Shown here piece after piece: positions 15,120-23,657 of a stretch of 25,747 bases of DNA (its first letter is position 1; each line of letters opens with the position of its first letter). The notes under the pieces were generated by a model, which was not told the origin of the DNA, searched no databases, and saw only the letters and a program-made list of their open reading frames with translations. Origin of the DNA: Gemmatimonadota bacterium (GTDB lineage Bacteria; Gemmatimonadota; Gemmatimonadetes; Gemmatimonadales; GWC2-71-9); NCBI GenBank assembly GCA_039591655.1, contig JBDHDE010000038.1, positions 1 through 25,747 of the forward strand. The letters run 5' to 3'. The translations under genes were made by a program, and so were the position numbers.

Positions 15120-18032
15120 TCAGCGTGGCGGCTCCCCGCTGAGCCGCGCCAGCGCAGCCCGCGCTTCCTCCACCACCGGCTGCAGCTCGGGGTCGGCGTG
15201 GCGCCACACGTCCGCCACGAACGCGTAGGCTTCGACGGCCTCCTCCTCGTTCCCCAGGCGATCGTTGACCCGGCCCCGCTCCAGGGCCCACACCACATGC
15301 CACGCCCTGGGGAACCACCAGTTCTTATCCGCCAGGTATTGCGCCGCCTCGGCGTCCCGCCCCACCGCCGTGAGCAACTGGACGCGCGTGAGTTGCGCCT
15401 CCCGGCACAGCGGGCAAAGCGAGTCAGGCAGCGCCAGGAAACGGTCGAGGGCTTCCACGCTGTCGCCCCGGGCCAACGCCAGGTAGGCTGGTACGGCCTG
15501 CTCGACGAACGGATTCAGCGCTCCGGCCCAGGCATTGTCACCCCTCCTGGTCAGCGCCAAGACTTCACGAATGCCCGCCGTGTCGCCCACCTGGGTGAAC
15601 CACCAGAGCATCCACGGGCTCCAATTGCTCCCCTCGCTCATCCAGCGTCGCGCCACCGCCGTCACGGAATCGGTGGGCATGCCGCCCAGCAGGGCCAGGT
15701 CGACGAAGCTGACGGCCTCGACGAAGTGGGCATCGCTGGCTGGCTCAATGAGCCGGGCCGCCTCGCCCAGGTGCCCACGTCGAGCCAACAGCAGGACCGT
15801 GAAACGCCTTCCCGTTTCCGGGTTGTTCCACGGGGGGGAACCGGGACGTCCCTCCGCCATCAGGCGGGCAACAGCGAGGCCGTGCTCCGCCGAGTCAGGG
15901 TAGGCCCAGAACGTGAGCAGCACTGACGAGAGCGTTCCCCCGGACGCTGAATCGAGCATCCGTGCCGTCTCCGGGTCCGATGCCGTGGCCGGGTCGAGCA
16001 GTCTGCGCACGAGCTGCTGGCCCCTCGCATGCTTGTCGACGGGCTCGAGTGCCAGGTAGGCATCCATGTAGCGCCGGGCCGCAGCGGGACCTTCCAGGTT
16101 CAGCGCCAGCTCGATCGGATGGATGTAGGCCGGCGCGAAGGAGGAGTCGAGGTCGATGGCACGGTCGAAGGCGTCGAGGGTGGCCTGTCGCGGCTGGCCA
16201 ATGAAGCCGCCGGCGTGCTCGCGGGCCTCTCCGACCTGGTTCCATATGTCGGGATCGCTGGGATAGCGCGCGACGGCGTCTTCGGATATCGCGAACAGAC
16301 GTCGGACGAGTGCGTAGAACTCCGGTCCTGCCGGCGCCGCAGAGGAAACCGCGTGGAGTACCGAGTCCATCACGATGAGCAGGCTCTCGCGCGGCGGCAG
16401 GCCGTGGTTCAGCTCGCCCGCCAGCAGGCCGTAGGTCTCCGCCCGCGGGTCGTACAGGCTTGCCTGCCAACCGAGGACGGTGCTGAGGCGATTGAGCGCC
16501 AATGCGAAGGCAGAATCGAGGTCCACTGCTCGCTGGTAGTTGACCCGGGCCGAATCCCAGTTCGACTGCCGGTACTGCTGCTCCCCCTGCAGGAAGTACT
16601 TCGTGGCGGCGAAGGAGGGAGACGCGAACGAGGCATAGCGCACCGCGCCGATGGGCCGGGTGCGGCCCATTTCGCTCAGCAACGCGACGGTGAGCGTGTC
16701 GGCCAGCCGGTCCATGCGATCGCTCGCGTCGCGCACCTCCACCTCCCCGAGAACGGCACCCCGCTCGACGTCGAACACGCTCGCACTGAGCCGCACGGAA
16801 TCGCCGCCTGTGCCCACCAACCGGCCGAACACGGCAAGGCCCGCTCCGGTGGCACGACCGAGCTCCCCGGCCGAGGCGGGATCGGCGCGGCCGTCCCAGC
16901 GCCGGATCACGACTGTAGGCGACACCGTCCTGAGGGGTCCCGCGCCGTCGAGGTTGCGTGAGAGGATATCGACCAGGCCCTCACTCCACAGCTCGAGCTC
17001 GGTTCCCAGAACGTCGAACGGAGCCACAGCCACGACGTCGGGATCGAGCGCCGGTGCGGACGGCGCGCGCAGCACCAGCGCGGCCAACGCCGCGACCGCG
17101 AGCACCCCGACAGCGCCGAGGGCGATACCCCAAGTCTTGCGCCGTCCGAGGGCCACGGGGCGCGTCGATGTCGGCGTGATGCCGCCGCTGGGCGTCGCCA
17201 GCACATCGAGCTCCGCCAGCAGCTCCTTGCTGCTTTGCCACCGGTCGGCGGGTTTCTTCTCCAGGCACTTCATCACTACCTGGGCCATCGCCGGCGGGAT
17301 GGACGCCCTGTGGCCCGACACGTCCTCCGGCGGCTCGGTCACGTGCGCCGCCAGCACCGCCTGCGGCGTGGGCCCCATGAACGGTGGCCGCCCCGCCAGC
17401 AGCTCATACGCCATGGCGCCGACGGCGTAGATGTCCGCCCGGTGGTCTATGTGCGGGCTCGCCGCCGCCTGCTCCGGAGCCATGTAGGAGGGGGTGCCCA
17501 ATGCCACCCCTGCCGTCGTGATCTGCTGCCGCCCGGTGGCATCACTGATTGCCTTGGCCACGCCGAAGTCGGTGACTATCGCGTGGCTCCCCGACAACAG
17601 CACGTTGTCCGGCTTGATGTCGCGGTGCACGACGCCGGCGTCGTGCGCGGCAGCCAGCGCGTCCACCACCTCTCGGATGAGCCGTATCGCTTCCGCAACC
17701 GGGAGTTCCCCCTCCCGCTCCAACCGGGCGCGCAGCGACTCGCCCTGGATGTAGGGCATGACGTAGTACAGGAATCCCTCAGCCTCGCCCGAGTCGTGCA
17801 GTGGCAGGATGTGCGGATGGGTGAGCTGGGCAGCGAGCTCGATCTCGCGGAAGAAGCGGTCGCCACCGAGCGTGGAGGCCAGCTCGGGCCGCAAGACCTT
17901 GACGGCCACTTTGCGGTGGTGCTTCGGGTCCTCGGCGAGGTAGACCGTCGCCATCCCGCCGGCGCCGATCTCCCGCTCCAATTCGTAGCGACCGGCAAGG
18001 GCAGCCTTGAGACGCTCGAAGTGCTCAGACAC
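15120..18032 (-). CDS. Membrane Ser/Thr protein kinase with TolB_N-like and TPR extracytoplasmic region
   Basis: GAGGMATVY, VAVK, HRDIKPDN, TDFG, GTPSYMAPEQ; TM WGIALGAVGVLAVAALAALVL; VVAVAPF domain; TPR-like helices. Confidence 0.95.
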   Translation of the reverse strand: MSEHFERLKAALAGRYELEREIGAGGMATVYLAEDPKHHRKVAVKVLRPELASTLGGDRFFREIELAAQLTHPHILPLHDSGEAEGFLYYVMPYIQGESLRARLEREGELPVAEAIRLIREVVDALAAAHDAGVVHRDIKPDNVLLSGSHAIVTDFGVAKAISDATGRQQITTAGVALGTPSYMAPEQAAASPHIDHRADIYAVGAMAYELLAGRPPFMGPTPQAVLAAHVTEPPEDVSGHRASIPPAMAQVVMKCLEKKPADRWQSSKELLAELDVLATPSGGITPTSTRPVALGRRKTWGIALGAVGVLAVAALAALVLRAPSAPALDPDVVAVAPFDVLGTELELWSEGLVDILSRNLDGAGPLRTVSPTVVIRRWDGRADPASAGELGRATGAGLAVFGRLVGTGGDSVRLSASVFDVERGAVLGEVEVRDASDRMDRLADTLTVALLSEMGRTRPIGAVRYASFASPSFAATKYFLQGEQQYRQSNWDSARVNYQRAVDLDSAFALALNRLSTVLGWQASLYDPRAETYGLLAGELNHGLPPRESLLIVMDSVLHAVSSAAPAGPEFYALVRRLFAISEDAVARYPSDPDIWNQVGEAREHAGGFIGQPRQATLDAFDRAIDLDSSFAPAYIHPIELALNLEGPAAARRYMDAYLALEPVDKHARGQQLVRRLLDPATASDPETARMLDSASGGTLSSVLLTFWAYPDSAEHGLAVARLMAEGRPGSPPWNNPETGRRFTVLLLARRGHLGEAARLIEPASDAHFVEAVSFVDLALLGGMPTDSVTAVARRWMSEGSNWSPWMLWWFTQVGDTAGIREVLALTRRGDNAWAGALNPFVEQAVPAYLALARGDSVEALDRFLALPDSLCPLCREAQLTRVQLLTAVGRDAEAAQYLADKNWWFPRAWHVVWALERGRVNDRLGNEEEAVEAYAFVADVWRHADPELQPVVEEARAALARLSGEPPR

Positions 18033-18076
18033 TCTCAGGTGCGCTCCGGGAGGAGAGAGCGTTTTGGGAAGCCTAC

Positions 18077-18105
18077 AGATTACCCCCGGGGAGCGCAGAG
18101 CGCCA
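18077..18105 (-). promoter_or_regulatory. Putative promoter of kinase 2 (TGGCGC-N17-TAATCT)
   Basis: Hexamers and spacing are identical to those upstream of kinase 3. Confidence 0.6.
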
Positions 18106-18157
18106 GGGGGATCGGCGTGCTCAGCGGTCGCTCAGAGCGAGAGGGGGCTTGGCGTGC

Positions 18158-21100
18158 TTAGGGCTCGCTCTCTGCGAACCCCGACAGCCGAGCCAGTGCG
18201 GCGCCGGCCTCCTCGACCAGGTGGCGGTGCGCCTCCACCGGCGTGTCGTAGCGCCGCAGGAACTGCTCGTAGTAGTCCCGTGCCAGCTCGGATCGCCCCA
18301 ACACCTCCTCGATTCGTGCTCGCTCGAGATAGGCGAGCCCGGCCACGACGTTGTTCGCCCTGTTCGCCGCGCGCGCGCCGATGGGGAGAAAGGTCTCGTG
18401 CCACATGAGCAGCTTGGCGGCACCCGTGGTATCCCCCTCCTCCAACAGCCACCGGCCGGCGGTCAGGCGATTGACGACATGCGCGAACGCATACAGCCGC
18501 AGCGTCTCGACCCAGCTTCCCTTGAACCCCTCGAATGCGACATCCCACTCGAGGGTCACGAGCGTGTCAGCCGCCCGGGCCCGCTCGCCGGCGAGCCCCA
18601 GCTCCAGCGCGGCGAGGGAACGCACGAGGAAACGCTCAGCATCCCTGCTTGCCACGATTCGCTCCCGCGCGGAGCGGAGCGCCGCCGTGTCGCGCCGCGC
18701 CACTGCCAAGATCCCGTCGAGCCAGGCCAACTCCGCCCGGTGAACGTCCCGACCCGCCTGTGCGACGGCCGTTGCCTCTGGCTGCCATCTTTCGGCCGCG
18801 CCGGGCTGGACCGCACCCAGCCACGCGCCCACCGCCGCGAGGCGATACGCCCCCAGAGCCGCGGAGTCGCCGGGCGCCCGCTGCACGTATCGCTCCAGCG
18901 CGACCAGGGCCGAATCCCACGCTCCCCGGGCCGCCCATGCTAGCGCGATGCCGAGCCTGTGCCATGCCGCGGCATCTGCGCCGGGGCCGAGCCGCAAGAC
19001 GCGGCGACTGATGTCGATTTGAGCCTGTGGGAATCCCAAGTTGAACGTCTGGTTCAGAAGCCGCTCGTGGTCCCATGGATTCAAGGCCGTGGCGTACCTC
19101 TCGGCCACTCTGTCGATGAGCGCCGGGTCGGGACCGCGCATAGCATACTGATGTAGCAGCCGATCGAGGAGCGGGAGTGTCGCGGTGCTGTCGGTCCGCG
19201 AGCTCAACCGCTGCATTTCATCGAGAGCCCGCGCCGTCGCCCCGGTATCATGGCCGATGCTGATCACGAACAGGTGCTGCCAGCCGTTGACCAGCCTCGG
19301 ATTCAGCGCAAGTGTGCGCTGCCATGCGGAGCGTGCTTCCGCCAGCGGGTGTCCGAAGAACGGCCCCCAGTGCATCAGCTCATCGGCGTAGTCGAACCAG
19401 ATCGGCCAATAGTCGGGGAACCGCGCGGCGAGTTGTCCGTATGCGGTGAGATGATCCTCCCACGTGGGAGTCTGTCCCGGGGGAAACTCCAAGCCGAACC
19501 AGGGGCGGGCTTCTTCGAACCAGGAGCGCTGCGGGTCCGGCAGCTTGGATAGATGGGCGGTATATGCGCGTGCCACCACCGTGTCGACCGGGAACCCGGG
19601 CAACGTCCATGCGGTGGCGACGAAGCTGTATAGCATCGAAGCCAGCCAAAAGGTCGAATCGGCGCGCCACGCCCGCGAGTACGCGGCGGCTGCGTCGAGC
19701 CACCGGCCATCGGCGAACGCTCGCTCTCCATCGAGGAAGGCACGCAGCGCGGGGAGCGACCGGGTCGTCACCGCGGCGAGGCTCGGGGTTGGCGGCTCCC
19801 GAGCCGTCCACACCTGGCTGAGCAGCGCCCAGGTGAGGGAGTCGGTCAGCGCCAGCAGGTCATCGGGTGAGCCCGCGGCGGCAACTCGCGCCACTGCAGC
19901 GAGGCTGTCGCTGGTGTACAGACCCATCTCCACGCGCACGTCGTCGCCCGCCCGCAGGATGCCTCCGTGGAGCAGGCTGCTCGCGTCCAACTGCCGCGCC
20001 AACGCAGCCGCCTGGTCGAGGGTGTACGTGGCCGACGGGTCCTCGAGCTGAGCGAGTATCGTCTGAGCGCTCACCATGCGGATGTCGCCGATTCCCTCCA
20101 TGGCGGCGCTCAGCGTGATCACCAGATCCCGACCGATGCGAGCAAGGGCCGTATCGGGCGATGCGGGCGAGGGCGGGATCACCGCGATGCGGGACGCCGA
20201 CGGGACGACCGAGGTCGACTCGCGCCCGAGGAATGCCTTGGCGCCCACCGCGAGCACGGCCACGACCGCCGCCGCGCCGATTCCCATTGCGAGCCACGGC
20301 ATTCGGCGGCGCTCCCGGGTTGGGTGCTCACCGGACTCGCTCGCGTTGAGCGCTGACGCGAATTCGTCGGCGGTCTGGTAGCGATCCGCCGCTGAGCGTG
20401 CCAGCGCCTTGCCGGCGGTTCGCTCGACACCGGCCGGGATCGCCTCCCGAACGACCCGCAAGGGGCGCGGCGTCTCGGTGAGTGACCGCGCCACGATCGC
20501 CTGCGGTGTGGGTCCGGTGAACGGCGGCTCGCCGGCCAACATCTCGTACAGCACGCACCCCAGGCTGTAGACGTCCGTCCGGGCATCGATCCGGCGCTCC
20601 CCACTCGCCTGCTCGGGGCTCATGTACGAGGGGGTCCCAACTGCGAGGCCGGTCTCCGTTAGCTTCTCACCTCCCGCCTCGCTCACAGCCCGCGCGATGC
20701 CGAAGTCGGTCACGACGGCGTGCCCCGCCTGGAGCAGGACGTTCTCAGGCTTGATGTCCCGGTGGATCACGCCGCGGCCGTGCGCGTAGCTCAGCGCGTC
20801 GGCGATCTCACGGGTTATCTGCGTCGCTTCTGGCAGCGGCAGCTGCCCCTCGCGATTCAGGCGCTCCCGCAGTGACTCCCCCTCCACATAGGGCATCACG
20901 TAGAACAGCAAGCCGTCGGCTTCGCCGGAGTCGTGCAGCGGGAGGATGTTCGGGTGAGCGAGGCCCGCAGCAATCTCGATCTCTCGCAGGAAGCGCTCGG
21001 TGCCGAGGGCTGCGGCGAGCTCGGGCCGCAGCACCTTGACCGCGACTCTGCGGTGGTGCTTCAGATCCTCGGCCAGATAAACCGTGGCCATCCCGCCGCT

Positions 21101-21169
21101 GCCAACCTCGATCTCAACGGCGTAGCGGTCCGCCAGGGCAGCCTTGAGACGGTCGAGGTATGCGGACAC
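18158..21169 (-). CDS. Membrane Ser/Thr protein kinase with TolB_N-like and TPR extracytoplasmic region
   Basis: GSGGMATVY, HRDIKPEN, TDFG, GTPSYMSPEQ; TM WLAMGIGAAAVVAVLAVGA; RIAVIP domain; TPR-like helices. Confidence 0.95.
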   Translation of the reverse strand: MSAYLDRLKAALADRYAVEIEVGSGGMATVYLAEDLKHHRRVAVKVLRPELAAALGTERFLREIEIAAGLAHPNILPLHDSGEADGLLFYVMPYVEGESLRERLNREGQLPLPEATQITREIADALSYAHGRGVIHRDIKPENVLLQAGHAVVTDFGIARAVSEAGGEKLTETGLAVGTPSYMSPEQASGERRIDARTDVYSLGCVLYEMLAGEPPFTGPTPQAIVARSLTETPRPLRVVREAIPAGVERTAGKALARSAADRYQTADEFASALNASESGEHPTRERRRMPWLAMGIGAAAVVAVLAVGAKAFLGRESTSVVPSASRIAVIPPSPASPDTALARIGRDLVITLSAAMEGIGDIRMVSAQTILAQLEDPSATYTLDQAAALARQLDASSLLHGGILRAGDDVRVEMGLYTSDSLAAVARVAAAGSPDDLLALTDSLTWALLSQVWTAREPPTPSLAAVTTRSLPALRAFLDGERAFADGRWLDAAAAYSRAWRADSTFWLASMLYSFVATAWTLPGFPVDTVVARAYTAHLSKLPDPQRSWFEEARPWFGLEFPPGQTPTWEDHLTAYGQLAARFPDYWPIWFDYADELMHWGPFFGHPLAEARSAWQRTLALNPRLVNGWQHLFVISIGHDTGATARALDEMQRLSSRTDSTATLPLLDRLLHQYAMRGPDPALIDRVAERYATALNPWDHERLLNQTFNLGFPQAQIDISRRVLRLGPGADAAAWHRLGIALAWAARGAWDSALVALERYVQRAPGDSAALGAYRLAAVGAWLGAVQPGAAERWQPEATAVAQAGRDVHRAELAWLDGILAVARRDTAALRSARERIVASRDAERFLVRSLAALELGLAGERARAADTLVTLEWDVAFEGFKGSWVETLRLYAFAHVVNRLTAGRWLLEEGDTTGAAKLLMWHETFLPIGARAANRANNVVAGLAYLERARIEEVLGRSELARDYYEQFLRRYDTPVEAHRHLVEEAGAALARLSGFAESEP

Positions 21170-21208
21170 TCCGGGGCGCTCTCCGGGAGGAAGGTGCGTG
21201 GCAGCTAG

Positions 21209-21237
21209 AGATTAGGGCTCGAGGGCTGAGAGCGCCA
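21209..21237 (-). promoter_or_regulatory. Putative promoter of kinase 3 (TGGCGC-N17-TAATCT)
   Basis: Hexamers and spacing are identical to those upstream of kinase 2. Confidence 0.6.
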
Positions 21238-21255
21238 GGGCCCGTGACCCGGCCC

Positions 21256-21912
21256 TCAGGCCGCCATGGGGATCACGTAGAACAGGATGGCAAAGAAGTG
21301 CAGCGCGCTGCCTGCCAGCACGAACAGGTGCCATACGGCGTGGTGATACGGCAGCCACCGCCAGGCGTAGAACGCAATGCCGGCGGTGTAGGCCAGCCCT
21401 CCGCTCACCAGTAGCGCGAGCCCACCGGACGGGATCGCGCCGAGCAAGGGCTTGATCGCGATCAGCACCGTCCAGCCCATGCCGACGTACAGCAGCACCG
21501 ACGCCACCGGCCGGCGCAGCATCCCCAACTGGAACACGATGCCCAGTGCCGCGAGGCCCCAGACCACCCCGAACAGCGACCAGCCCCAGGGCCCCCGGAG
21601 GTTCACGAGGGTGAACGGCGTATAGGTTCCGGCAATCAAGAGGAAGATCGCCGAGTGGTCAATCACCCTGAGCACGGCCTTGGCCCGGGGAGGCCGAATG
21701 CTGTGGTACAGTGTGCTGGCCGTGTAGAGCACCACGAGGGTGGCCCCGTAGACGCTACACGCCACCACGTGCCACGCGCTTCCCTGCAGTGCGGCGAACG
21801 TGGTGAGGACCGCGAGCCCGCCGATGGCCAGCAAACCGCCCACGCCATGGATGACGCTGTTGGCGATCTCTTCACCGAGGGTATAGCGCGGCACGCGGAC
21901 TCGTGCGGTCAT
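21256..21912 (-). CDS. trhA: Hemolysin III / PAQR-family membrane protein (TrhA/YqfA-like)
   Basis: YTLGEEIANSVIHG, STLYH, DHSAIFLLIAGTYTPF, HAVWHLFVLAGS; 7 TM; start ATG 21912. Confidence 0.92.
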   Translation of the reverse strand: MTARVRVPRYTLGEEIANSVIHGVGGLLAIGGLAVLTTFAALQGSAWHVVACSVYGATLVVLYTASTLYHSIRPPRAKAVLRVIDHSAIFLLIAGTYTPFTLVNLRGPWGWSLFGVVWGLAALGIVFQLGMLRRPVASVLLYVGMGWTVLIAIKPLLGAIPSGGLALLVSGGLAYTAGIAFYAWRWLPYHHAVWHLFVLAGSALHFFAILFYVIPMAA

Positions 21913-22021
21913 GGGCCGTAATCTAGTCAGGCCTGCGATCGGCGGGCCCCGACTATCTCGCTGTGCAGCTGTGCCTCTCCAGCGCGTACCTCCACCTGGC
22001 GTATTCCATATATTCAGCCCC

Positions 22022-23074
22022 ATGACCCCACAGTCCACGAGAGCGATCCTCATCGAGCGCCACGGCCGCCCCGAGGTCCTGGTCGAGCGCGAAGTTCCAC
22101 TGCGAGAGCCAGGCCCCGGCGAAGTGCACCTCGCGGTCCGCGCCGTGGGGGTCAACTTCGCCGACCTCTTCATGCGGGCGGGACTGTACGACACGGTGCC
22201 GCCCCGCCCCTACAGCCCGGGGTTCGAGGTGGCCGGCGAGGTGGTGCGGGTCGGACCACAGGTGGACGGGTGGAGTAAGGGCGACCGCGCGGTGGGGCTC
22301 ATCCGCTACGGCGGCTACGCCCACGACATCGTGGTCCCCACCCGCAACCTGTTCCACTACCCCGACACTCTCACGCCGGTGGAGGCCGCGGCCACTCCGG
22401 TTGTGTTCCTCACCGCATGGGTGGCCCTGTTCGACGCGGCAAGAGCCCGTCAGGGAGAGACTGCACTGGTACTGGTTGCGGGCGGCGGCGTGGGCTCGGC
22501 CGCGGTGCAGCTAGCGGTCACCCGCGGGCTGCGGGTAATCGGCACCGCTGGCACCGAGGCGAAGCGCGCCTTCGTCACCAACGAGTTGGGCGCCGAGGCT
22601 TGCTTTGACTCTCGGGGCGACTGGGAGCCCGCGGTGCGGCGCCTGGTGGGCGATCGCGGGATCGACGTCGCACTGGACGCCATGGGTGGCCGGGCCACGC
22701 CGGCCTGCCGCCGGCTGCTCGCCCCCCTGGGTCGGCTGGTGTTCTACGGCATGAGCAACGCCATGCCGCGGGCCAAGCGCAGCTGGCTCCGGGCGGGCCT
22801 TGCCTGGTTACGCACGCACACCTTCCACCCCCTGTCGCTCATTCATCCGAACATCGGCGTGTTCGGCATCCACCTGCTGCACCTACAGTCCAAGGAGGAG
22901 CAGGTGCTGCGGCCCGCGCTCGAGGAGATCTACCGCGGCGTGGTTGCCGGGAAGTGGCGTCCCGTGGTGGACCGAACGTTCAGCCTCGATCGGGAAGGGG
23001 CGATTGCGGCGCACCGCTACATCCACGAACGGCGCAACCTGGGGAAGGTGGTACTTGAGAGGAGGCCGACATGA
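22022..23074 (+). CDS. MDR-superfamily NADPH:quinone oxidoreductase-like protein (VAT-1/Qor type, zinc-free)
   Basis: GVNFADL..G.Y, PGFEVAG, GGYA, AGGGVGSAAVQ, AHRYIHERRNLGKVVL; no catalytic Zn ligands; start ATG 22022. Confidence 0.9.
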   Translation: MTPQSTRAILIERHGRPEVLVEREVPLREPGPGEVHLAVRAVGVNFADLFMRAGLYDTVPPRPYSPGFEVAGEVVRVGPQVDGWSKGDRAVGLIRYGGYAHDIVVPTRNLFHYPDTLTPVEAAATPVVFLTAWVALFDAARARQGETALVLVAGGGVGSAAVQLAVTRGLRVIGTAGTEAKRAFVTNELGAEACFDSRGDWEPAVRRLVGDRGIDVALDAMGGRATPACRRLLAPLGRLVFYGMSNAMPRAKRSWLRAGLAWLRTHTFHPLSLIHPNIGVFGIHLLHLQSKEEQVLRPALEEIYRGVVAGKWRPVVDRTFSLDREGAIAAHRYIHERRNLGKVVLERRPT

Positions 23075-23580
23075 CGATCGCCGAATCGCTGTTACCCGAG
23101 TTCGACCAGGAGATGGCCAACACCCGCCGCATGCTGGAGCGGGTGCCGGAGGGCAAGAACGACTGGCGGCCGCACGAGAAGTCCATGCCGCTGGGCCGGA
23201 TCGCCACCCACCTGGCCGAGCTCCCGGACTGGGTCGTGAAGGCCATCACGCTGGACGAGCTGGACATCGCCCCACCCGGCGGTGAGCCGTTCACACCCAC
23301 CATCCTGAGCACGCCGGAGGAGATGGTTGCGCTACTCGACAAGACCGCCGCCGATGCCCGCGAGCACATTGCCAAGACGGACGACGCCAGCATGATGAAA
23401 GGCTGGACGCTCAAGGCAGGGGGTCAGGAAGCGTTCACCATGCCCAAGATCGCGGTGATCCGATCGTTCGTGCTGAACCACGTGATCCACCACCGGGGCC
23501 AGCTCTCGGTATACCTGCGGCTGCTGGGCCAGCCGCTCCCCCCGATCTACGGGCCGTCGGCGGACGAGTCGCCGATGTAG
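23071..23580 (+). CDS. DinB-family protein
   Basis: EFDQEMANTRRMLERVP..WRPHEKSM.LG.IATH..NHVIHHRGQLSVYLRL..PPIYGPSADE; ATGA overlap with the upstream gene. Confidence 0.92.
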   Translation: MTIAESLLPEFDQEMANTRRMLERVPEGKNDWRPHEKSMPLGRIATHLAELPDWVVKAITLDELDIAPPGGEPFTPTILSTPEEMVALLDKTAADAREHIAKTDDASMMKGWTLKAGGQEAFTMPKIAVIRSFVLNHVIHHRGQLSVYLRLLGQPLPPIYGPSADESPM

Positions 23581-23657
23581 GACCGGTGCGACTGGAATGG
23601 GTTGTGACTGGTGTCGGCCGTGCCGGAGGGCTGCCCACTGACCGATCGCCGTCCCCC

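Noticed and set aside
1..21169. Kinases as an anti-phage defence system or DGR targets
   Set aside because: They have TM plus extracytoplasmic sensor architecture, with no associated defence effectors, reverse transcriptase or adenine-specific TR/VR repeat pair seen
21256..21912. Hemolysin as a virulence toxin
   Set aside because: Hemolysin III/PAQR proteins are widespread membrane-homeostasis proteins; the name is historical
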